A stretch of 64,000 nt of DNA from Eledone cirrhosa (Eukaryota), in assembly GCA_964016885.1 (NCBI GenBank), contig OZ024741.1, positions 125,984,001 through 126,048,000 of the forward strand, written 5' to 3'. Shown piece by piece: positions 54,156-64,000 of the stretch; the stretch's first letter is position 1, and every line of letters begins with the position of its first letter. The notes beneath the pieces are model-generated. The model had not been told where the DNA came from. It ran no database searches and saw only the letters and a list, made by a program, of their open reading frames with translations. The position numbers and the translations under genes were made by a program.

Positions 54156-55129
54156 GGTACTATATATATATATATATATATATATTTATTTATTAAAATA
54201 ACAGATTAAAGTTTAAGCAAAGAATCGCTGCTTTCACCCTTAATGGGATCTTCTGAAACTAACAAAGTCAATCTGTGAACGCAGAAGTAAATATTTCAAA
54301 AAACGTTGCAACCGGAGGAAGACAGGAAGACGATACTTTGGTTCGTGGAAACGTTCCCTGGCAAAGAACGGGAAAAAACGAATATAATACGTCATTATTT
54401 GGAGCGGTGAAAAATAATTTCACGCAAAGACAAAACCACGTTTATATATTTATATATATATATATATATATACATATAAATATATACACACATATATAAG
54501 CAGGAAGAGAGAGAGAGAGAAGGGAAAGAACCCTGTTCAGAGGAAGGGAGGCACTCTGTTTGATTGGGGGGGGGGGGTATTCATCCCCACCGTCTCCCAA
54601 TAAACCCACTCATGCATCTAACTATCTAGCTGTAACAGCTCTATTGAACTGGAGGAAATTCTTATCCTAGTTTGCTTACATCTATTACATCATTTTAGCA
54701 TTGGTAGAGCATTGGGGCAAGATACAAAGTTGTATTTATTTTGGCTCTTTGTGTTTTGAGTTCTATGTCCTCAGATGGTAGACTTAATCTGTGACCTGCT
54801 TTAACACTACCATCTGGTCATCAGGTGCTTTTAGTAGAGTTCACTCTCATTCAACCATTTAGACCAGGTCTTCGGTTTAAAGATAATTCTCTCTCTTCTC
54901 ACCAGTCACAAAGGACCTGAATGGGTCACTGGTGTTGCCTTCCCCTTCCTAACTAAGCAGTAAAAATGTTAATCTCTAAAGATGAGGTCTGTTGTCTGAA
55001 AAATTATAATCTTATTAAACAGTGACCCATATCTGACATTATTTCAATGTATAGTACCTAAATCTTGATATGGAAATTTGTGAACTGAGTCAATAAGGAT
55101 TCAAGACATATATAAAGCTACAGATATAA

Positions 55130-55730
55130 CATGTAGGCAGATATGAAATGTAGGCTTTCAAAGCTGGTAATAGATTTAGTCTAGATGTGAAATGTTGGCC
55201 TCCTAAGCTGGTAATAGACCCAGGCCATATGTGAAATGTAAGCTTCCTAAGCTGGTAATAAACCCAGGCCATATGTGAAATGTAAGCCTCCTAAGCTGGT
55301 AATTGACCCAAGCCAGATGTGAAATGTAAGCCTTCAAAGCTGGTAATAGACCTATGCCAGATATGAAATGCAGGCCTCCAAAGCTGGCAATAGACCCAAT
55401 CCAGAAGTGAAATGTGGGCCTTCAAAGCTGGTAATAGACTCAGGTCATGTGTAATGTGGGTCTCCAGAGCTGGTAATTGACCAGGCCATATGTGAAATAT
55501 GGACCTCCAAAGCTGGTAATAGACCTAAGCCAGATATAAAATGTAAGTCCCCAAAGCTGGTAATAGATTCAGGCCAGATGTAAAATATAGGCTGTGAAAA
55601 AGCTGGTAATAAGTGCAGGTCAAATGTGAAATATAGCCCACTTGTCTCACCTATACAAACACACACAAGCACATACCTAAGCTGGTTGTAGATCCAAACG
55701 ATATGTGAAATATAGGACCCTAAAACTGGT
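55130..55730. repeat. About 43-bp minisatellite
   Basis: AAGCTGGTAATAGACCCAGGCCAGATGTGAAATGTAGGCCTCC-like unit, about 13 copies. Confidence 0.85.
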
Positions 55731-56019
55731 TATATGATCAAGTCATGTGGTGTACAAGATGTAACATAACAGAAGTATACATGTAACATAACAACAAAAG
55801 AACTAGTACATGTATTTCATTGCTGTTACATCTCCTCAGCACACACTTATGTCCAGATAACAACGTATAAAATACAATAAGTGTATAAACAAACTATTCT
55901 TGTTAAAAGCTTATTTACATATGATGCATGCTTGATCAGATTGTATATATTAGCAATAGCACTAACACAGATTGATTAAGAATAAAGATGTATATAGACC
56001 TATATACAATATGTTTATT

Positions 56020-56265
56020 TTGAGTATATGTTGGTTGTTTACCGACACCTCAGTATAAATAACAACCTAACCAGGAGCTGGACATATCGGAGTATTGACG
56101 GAGTAAAACACTTTAACAACATGTGTACCTGTCTCTACCACACCAATTCGGTCTGCCTGAAGAGGTCACAGCCAATGATGGCTGTCACCGAAATATATAT
56201 AGCAGTACATCTTTAATAAATGAAGCCAAATTTTAAATATTTGACTTAATTATTTTATTTTACAA
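56020..56265 (+). mobile_element. Penelope-like pLTR unit of the 39.1-39.6 kb family
   Basis: Shares the TTGAGTATATGTTGGTTG start, the ACAACATGTGTAC body, the hammerhead, AATAAA and the TTATTTTATTTT end. Confidence 0.75.
56153..56205 (+). ncRNA. Minimal type I hammerhead, intact core
   Basis: ctgc CTGAAGA ggtcacagcc aatgat ggctgtcacc GAAA tatata TA gcag. Confidence 0.85.
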
Positions 56266-56599
56266 TATGTTTATATATAATTGTTCCTATCATAAACGCG
56301 TGGCTAGTCCTCATTTTGGGAGAAGGGAAAATCAATTAAATTGACCCCACTATTTTATTGGTATTTTATTTTATTGACCCGGGAAGGATAAACGACAAAG
56401 CTGCACTCAGTGGGATTTGAACTCAAAATGTAAAGGGCTGGAGCATATACCACAAAGTATTTTGTCCAATGTCTTAACAATTTAGCCAATCCACTACCCT
56501 CTGATAATACTGCCTATCAACTTTATTTACATATAATAAACATATATTTAGTTTTACTAGGAGCATTTAAAATTGTAATCATGTCACAGTAACCTCAGC

Positions 56600-57037
56600 A
56601 TTTGGGCAAGAGTGGTGGATGTATGGTCTTTCTCTTCCTCTACATCCATCCACATTCATTTCCCTCATTCCTCTCCCCCAGTCACTTTCATCTTGCTTCA
56701 ACACATGACTCAGCCATCTCATTCCATTTCTCTTCACAACATTCACCACTGGCTCTGCACCTCTCACCCAGACATTTTCATCCATCTTGAACACATGCAC
56801 CAGCCATCTCATTCCATTTTGCTTTATAATATTCATCACTGGCTCTATTATTTTCACCCAGTTACTTTCACCCTTCTTCAACACATGCCCCAACCATCTT
56901 ATTTCACTTCTCTTCACAACATTCACCACTGGCTCTATTTCTCTCACCCAGTTACTTTCACTCTTCCTCAAAACATGACACAACCATCTCATTCTGTTTC
57001 TCTTCACAACATTCATCATTGGTTTTAGTCCCATCAT
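56600..57037 (-). repeat. Four tandem 90-bp units derived from an RTE ORF C-terminus
   Basis: Repeated 30-aa unit EPVxNVVKRNxMRWLxHVLKxxESNWV in one open frame. Confidence 0.75.
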
Positions 57038-57439
57038 GTTCCCAGTACTAAATTAGCACCACTTGATAAATAGTTCTTGTTTATGGAAGAAAAGATCAAC
57101 AACAACATCCCAGACCTCATTCGTTTACTGAGTGGGGTTAGCTGATACTATCTAACTGGTTGCAATTCCTGACAGAAAGGATATAACACATCACCTGGTC
57201 TGGAAATTAAACTCGCAACCTCACAATTATGAATCCAATTCTTGAACCAATAAGCCATGTGCTTTCACAAAAGGCCAACAGTTGATGTAAAGAACTGTAG
57301 CTTACAGAGTTTACAGAGAAATTCTATCCCTGTTGGTGGGTGAAACTTTATGTTTATAGAGATAACAAAGTGGTCGTAGTGCCATACAAGAATGTAAACT
57401 GCATTGCAGAATAGATTAGCAGCTTACATATACTGTTAT

Positions 57440-57536
57440 TCTTGTAACCACCACCACTGTCACCGCCACCACCACCTTCACCACCACCTCCACTGCCACC
57501 ACCACTGCTACCATCACCACCACTACCACCACCACC

Positions 57537-57585
<49 letters not shown>

Positions 57586-58010
57586 GTGTTGTTGTTGGTG
57601 GTGGTATTGCTGTTGTTGTTGGTGGTATTGCTGATGTTGTTGTTGGTGGTGGAGGTGTTGTTGTTGGTGGTGGTATTGCTGTTGTTGTTGGTGGTATTGC
57701 TGATGTTGTTGTTGTTGGTGGTGGAGGTGTTGTTGGTGGTGGTGGAGGTGTTGTTGGTGGTGGTGGTATTGCTGCTGTTGTAGTCATTGATGGTGATGTT
57801 GGTGTTGTTGTTGTTCGTAGTGGTGTTGCTGTTGTTATTGTTGGTAGTGGTGGTGGTGTTGCAGCTGTTGCTGTTGGTGATATTGCTGTTGTTGTATTTC
57901 ATATTGCTGCAGTTGCAATTATTAGGATTATACTTGTAGTGCAGTTATCATTGTTACTGTTGTTGTTGTCTTCTGCTGTTGTTGTTGTCTTCTGCTGTTG
58001 TTGTTGTTGT
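57440..58010. repeat. Mixed CCA/CTA/GTT/GGT triplet tracts (similar tracts at 15775-15968, 46170-46810, 49140-49565)
   Basis: Low-complexity trinucleotide runs. Confidence 0.85.
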
Positions 58011-58536
58011 TTAGCTCTAGAACAACTATGAGTCAGTAAACTTATCAATGACATTTCCAAAGTGTATCTAGGATTATGTTATCCAATGTGTCATTCTGTA
58101 TTTGTTTTCAGATGGTGGTGATGGGAGGGGGGATTTTCTAATAGATGGAGCAACCATGTAGGGTTCCTCTTTGTTGCAAGCATTCAGACCAGGTTTCCAG
58201 TTTGAGTTTTAGGATAGCCCCCTCCCACCAGTCTCAGAAGCCCTGAAAAGGGTCATGGGTATTGCCCTCATTTGCTCTTTATAAAGTGGCTACTGACCTC
58301 AGTCATTACTCAAAGGTGTAACAAGCCAGCCCCACATGGGTTCAAGGCTAGGCTATTCTTGGTGATAGTACCTGGAATTAGCCCCTATCCAAGTTTAGGG
58401 ACTCCCCCTCCTCAACTTTGAAATACCTGTTGGATGTTAAGAAGAGAAGCATGATGTGGAGTGGGAGGCTAATAACCTCCTTTAGTAATCAAAATTGATA
58501 CAGAAACAACTTTTTGACTAAACAGCTACATGCACG

Positions 58537-58642
<106 letters not shown>

Positions 58643-58859
58643 TCACCACCGACGAATGTGAGAAAGTTGTCCAGGAATTTTTAAAAATCTCCCCACCAAA
58701 GTTAAAAAAGAACTTACTAGATCTACAAAACCAAATTGTAAAATCATAATATTATAAAATTAATTAGAACTACAAGTGAAGTCATTCTTTTCCTTTTTTT
58801 AAATATACATTACCGTATCAAGGATTTCACACATTTTCCAATATATATATATATATATA

Positions 58860-60589
58860 ATCATCATCATCATCATCATCATCATCATTTTTACGCCCAT
58901 TTTTTCATGCTTGCATAGGTTGGACAGGACCTTCGCAGCACGGCATCTCTCCATCTGTCATGTTTCTTCGTCATTTCTGCAGTTCTTAGCAATTTGAGGT
59001 CAGCTCTCACAACTTCTGCCTAAGTCTTTCTTGGTCTTCCTCTATTGCAGCTTCCTTCCATGGGGATTTCATCTCATTTCTTCACTCAGCGATCATTGTT
59101 GATGTGCAGCACATGTCCATACCAACACAATCTTCTCTCTTGCCCACCGCCTCAGATTCTGCTTAAACCCAGCTTCTTCCTCAGCTCGTCCAAGTTTAGT
59201 CTTTCTTTCACACTTACATTACACATCCAATGAAGCAGGGTTGCTTCATTTCTCTCCTGTCTACACATGTCCTCTACAGTTACAGCCCATGTTTCACTAC
59301 CATGTAGCATCACACTTCACACACAGGTGTCATACAGTTGTCCTTTTGTATGTAGGGAGAAACCTTTTGTTGCCAACAGTGGGAGTAGCTCTCTAAACTT
59401 CTTCCATCCTATCCTTATTTTAGGTATTATACTCTCAGTGTAGCTCCTCCACTGCTAATAAATCATCTCAATAGCAGAAGCTATCAACCATGTCTATGGA
59501 CCCTTTCTCTGACTGGAAAAGGTTTATATCATTAGCACTCTTCCTCTCAATTACTCCTGTGCATCATCTACATACAAAGTTCTCTCTTCCTGTTAGTCTA
59601 CTTATTCCACTACATCTTTTGTGTACCCAAGATTTAAATTGTGTACATTGTATGGAGTTTATGCCTACTCTTTTTCTCCATATTGAGCAGGGCTACTTCC
59701 CTGAAGGAATCACGGTCCTATCTTCTTTCCTACTCACTAGCATTTTAGTTTTGGCTAAGATTACTATCAGACCTTTTGAGTTCAAATTCTGTTTCCATAA
59801 TCAGAACTTATTTTCTAGTTCTTTTTTGGTTTTAGCTATAAGGATCAAATCAACTGCATAGAGAAGTTCCCATGGACATCCCATTTTGAACTCTGTTTTG
59901 GCCTGGAGAACAGTGGGCTAAGAACCAAACCTTGATGAACTCCTACCTGTACCTTAAATTCTTCACTAAACTCATTTCCTACTCTAACTTTACTGACAGC
60001 TCCTCTGTACATGGCTTACACTGCTCTCACAAGTCATTCTTCTACACCTAATTTCATTAAGGACTATCAGATAATAGATTGAGGTACTCTGTCAAAGGCC
60101 TTTTCTAAATCAACAAAAGCTAAATATAGTGGCTTATTCGTAGCTAGGAACTTCTCTTGTAGTTGCCTCACTAAGAAGAGGGCATCTGTAGTACTTTTCC
60201 CTGGCATGAAACCAAACTGCATCTCATCTATTTCGATTCTTTCCCTAATTAGCTGCGCTATAATTATTTCTGTCACTTTCATAACTTGGTCCATAATAGT
60301 TGCTCCTTTCTAGAGCATCACCTTTGCCCTTGTAGCAATTTATGATTCCACTGCTGTGCCAGTCATAGGGTATGACTCCACCTTTTATTATTTGATTGAC
60401 TATGTGGATTACTATATTGACTCCTACCTCTCCCGATGCTTTTAGCATTTCACCAACTGTCTCGGACAGTCCTGCAGCTTTACCCTTCTTCATCTGCTCC
60501 ATTGCATCTTTGACCCTAAAATTGTCAACTTCAATAGCTAGTCCTTCCTTTGGGTGAGTTGGGAGTAGTCTCTCTTCCTGCCATTCATT

Positions 60590-60590
<1 letters not shown>
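58860..60590 (-). mobile_element. Decayed RTE-clade LINE, same group as 52370-54155
   Basis: QFGFMPGKSTTDA, LAFVDLEKAFDRVP, PWELLYA; multiple stops and frameshifts; (GAT)n tail. Confidence 0.88.
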
Positions 60591-60644
<54 letters not shown>

Positions 60645-61010
60645 GGCCTCAGCCAGATGGCTGGAACAGGTAAAAGAGTATATATATATATATATCTATC
60701 TATATATATATATATATATCATCATCATCATTGTTTAATGTCTATCTTCCGCACTAGCATGGGTTAGACGGGTTTGTCCCATTTAAAGACAAGTTGGGTC
60801 AGGTGACCGTGTCATGCTCATATAGGACTGTTTCTGGTTGGTCTTCTATGGCTGGATGCCCTTCCTAACATCAACCACATTTACAGTGTACACTGAGTGC
60901 CTTTTGCCATGTCTTTTACACAACCACGTTACAGTGTGGGCTAGGTGGTTTTTGTTGCAACATCTACACAACCACTTTACAGTGTGGGCTGGATGTTTTG
61001 TGGTACCAAC

Positions 61011-61082
<72 letters not shown>

Positions 61083-61436
61083 TAACATGACAATGATATA
61101 TACATATATATTTGTGTCTATATACATATATCATCATCATCACCACCGTTTTACGACTATTTTCCACACTAGCATGTAATAGATGAATTATCCTGTTGTG
61201 AGCAATGCTAAGTCAGGTGACCATGTCTTGCTCATACAGAACTGATTCTGGCTTGGTTTCTACAGCTGGGTGCCCTTCCTAATGCCAACCACATTTACAG
61301 TGAATACTGGGTCCTGTATATATGCTTTAGCTTATGACCATGGGAAATCAAGTCTTCTAATCCTGGATTTTAAAGGAGCAACATCACAACTTTCACCAGG
61401 AGCATACCGTAGTACAAATAAAAAAAATCCATAATA

Positions 61437-61495
61437 GTTGTCTGATGAGGTCTTATCCACTGCATAATTGATACCATTAAAATGCATATAACAGC
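61437..61495 (+). ncRNA. Decayed minimal hammerhead
   Basis: gttgt CTGATGA ggt..acc..AAAA tgcata TA acagc; stem I intact, G12 lost. Confidence 0.55.
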
Positions 61496-61819
61496 AATAA
61501 TGTAAACTTACATTACATTGCCTTATTCTTCATTATTATATATATCTGTTTCATACGTCCCTTTATGATCTGAGTTCAAATCCCGCCGAGGTTGACTTTG
61601 CCTTTCATCCTTACGGGGTCGATAAAATAAAGTACCAGTAATGCACTGGGTAATTTGCTGGCCTTGTGCCTAAAGTAGAAACAATTATATATATCTGTTT
61701 TTCTCTTAACAAAACCTATATGTGATTTCATAGCATAATTTAGCTGCTAATTTTTGCAGGTCAAGTTATTTTTTATAGGACTCCTTTGTATATTTTGTGT
61801 TCCCTTTATATGATTTTAG

Positions 61820-61980
61820 AGGTGCAGTGGCTCCCAAACCCCGGAAACCCAAAGGTGAAGCTTCCAGGTCAGAATTATGTGAAGACAGTATTGACCCAGG
61901 CATGAATAAGGGCTCAAAATTCAGAGATGTAAAGCAGAAAACTTATGAAGTTATGAAGGAGGAAGAGCAATGTGGAGGAG
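61820..61980 (+). CDS. PDZ-domain protein, coding exon 3
   Basis: Acceptor TTTTAG|A completes the phase-2 Arg codon; GAVAPKPRKPKGEASRSELCEDSIDPGMNKGSKFRDVKQKTYEVMKEEEQCGG; donor GAG|GTAAGT, phase 1. Confidence 0.8.
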
Positions 61981-62527
61981 GTAAGTATTGTCAAACGAAA
62001 TAAATAAATAATATGCATGACATGCACACATTTAAGAATCATCATCATCATCATCGTTGTTTAACGTCTATATTCCACTCTAGCATGGGTTAGACGTGTT
62101 TGTTCCGTAAATAATCCCTTTAATACCAACTTGGCCAAAATCAGCTCTGTTTCTATGGAAGAAAGCCACATTTTAACAATCTTCTTCTTCTTCTTCTTGA
62201 GTGATGAGAGATGCCCATTCTACATGATCACTTGTCCTTTCATATGCCTGCTAGTAAGCAGGGCCCATGTCTGCCAGGCTTTCAATCCTAGGCCTCAACT
62301 CTTTTTGTCTTCCATTTGAGGGAAGACAAAATTAGTTGTAGCCAGCATTGGCTTAAAATGCACAAGATATGTCATGGCGGCATCCTTACATTAGAAGCTG
62401 TGGTCATGCTGAGTAAGACGATAACACCTTGTATGGTATATGAGATATTGTATGCTGTTACAAAAACCTTTTATAATTATTTATTTATTTATTTATTTAT
62501 TGTTTTTATTTTCTTTCTTTCCCCCAG

Positions 62528-62628
62528 GGACCCCACCTGCTTCGATATTCGGCCGAAAGAAAGAAGATCGTTCAAGTTACCTGAAAGAAGACAAGAAAAC
62601 TATCCAGAAAGCCTTCGGACAATCTTAG
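62528..62628 (+). CDS. PDZ-domain protein, terminal coding exon 4
   Basis: Strong polypyrimidine acceptor TTCTTTCTTTCCCCCAG|, phase matches; (G)TPPASIFGRKKEDRSSYLKEDKKTIQKAFGQS*. Confidence 0.75.
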
Positions 62629-62766
62629 ACGTGACGTCATTGGGTGACGATTGTGGCAATATTGCAACTGTTACTGCTTCACTTCAATTCTTCTTTTCTA
62701 TACGGACACTACACATTAAATATCCGCTAATGAATATATCTTGTTAAGCAATCGACATTTAATAAT

Positions 62767-62793
62767 AATAAAAAAAATCTTAATAAAAATAAA
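62767..62793 (+). terminator. Candidate polyadenylation signals of the PDZ gene
   Basis: Three AATAAA hexamers about 140-165 nt after the stop codon. Confidence 0.4.
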
Positions 62794-62895
62794 AGGTGAC
62801 TTTTCGTCTAAGGTAGCCGCACCAGAAGTCGCGTGCCTTCGTTTGGTTTTGTTTTTATAGTCGCTGGAAAGGTCTATTACTTTTAAAGTTGTTTA

Positions 62896-62943
<48 letters not shown>

Positions 62944-64000
62944 TGTATATGAAAACATACATAAACATATACATATACTATATGCTTATACACCATAGAC
63001 ATATAGGTAGCCTCGCTATCAAAGAAAAATAATTTTTTGTAACGACATGTACACACGTCTAGCGACTACAAAAATACAAAAACAAAGACATACGAAGAAA
63101 CATTACCTCAGATACGTCTACCCAAGACGAAGAATCACTGAGTAAAATCTAAAAAGTAATATATTAGAGAAAACACAATGTTATCGAGAGCTAATGTACA
63201 CATGATTCAAAGCCAAGAGTAGATTAAGCTTGCATAGGACCCTTAGCTGAATTTATTATCGGAGGCCCTTGCATATCATTTATGGCAGCAAAAAATTAAT
63301 AAAATCAATTTGTAGCCCTTTAAATATTGTGGGGCACCCATGTCAGTACCCCCTCATCGCACCTTAATCCGCCACTGGTTCGAATACATTATGAGCAAAG
63401 CATTATTAGAAAGTCGCTCTATGGAACCGAGCACAACTCCCAGTTTAGGAAAACATACGAACATACACACATACTCAGAAACACGTACACATTAACGGCA
63501 AATTGGCTTTTCTTCATATTAACATAGATAATTATATGTATAAAAATAAATAAAAGGGTGTGGTGAGTTGAGCAGAAATAGGGGTAAAGTGTTACCGGAT
63601 TCATTGTCTTGGGAGCAGGAAGATTAAAAATATTATCTCTGTCACTTTACGTTGCACCAAATTCAAATTCCTACCGTGATACACTTTTTCTTTTATTCTG
63701 TCTAATTATCTTTCTTTCAGCAACGGTTCTCCTTAGTTGATAAAAAATATAACAAAGGAACAAAAACACAAAATAGTCCAAAAATGTTTAAGGGAGATAA
63801 CTCATACATCGGATATGGCACACACGGTTAAATTGTTATATCATAATAATAATAATGATTTCTATATTTATAATAATAATAATAGTAATAATAATGATAT
63901 GATAATAACGATAAAAGTGAAGACAACATTAAATTACAAACCACCATTGTTTTATATTTTGCGTTAATAATGAAAGAAAATTAAATTTGTATGTAACCTG

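Noticed and set aside
58100-58160. TTTTCAG|ATGGTGG as an extra exon of the PDZ gene
   Set aside because: No convincing donor or coding signal, and exons 2 and 3 already join in phase.

Overview
AT-rich, microsatellite-saturated animal genomic DNA. The repeat content looks like an octopus-type cephalopod genome (inference). One host gene can be assembled by hand from four small exons with canonical, phase-matched GT-AG sites: 16296-16403, 49628-49779, 61820-61980 and 62528-62628 (+). It gives a 173-aa PDZ protein of PDLIM/Zasp type with no LIM domains, spread over about 46 kb. The rest is largely mobile DNA: a near full-length Tx1/L1-clade LINE in a (TATC)n tract, RTE LINE fragments and bipartite RTE derivatives, R4/Dong-like 3' ends in (TACA)n, many tRNA-derived SINEs, mariner/pogo/hAT/piggyBac/Helitron relics and minisatellites. 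The most striking signal is invisible in the ORF track. It is a set of short non-coding, often fold-back (palindromic) elements, mostly in or next to (TA)n tracts, that carry minimal type I hammerhead ribozyme motifs (stem I-CUGANGA-stem II-GAAA-palindromic stem III-UH-stem I). They show compensatory base changes, a recurrent CAGAAGA core variant and a shared one-sided tail motif, consistent with several Penelope-like/retrozyme-like families. All coordinates were read by eye; element edges are approximate.
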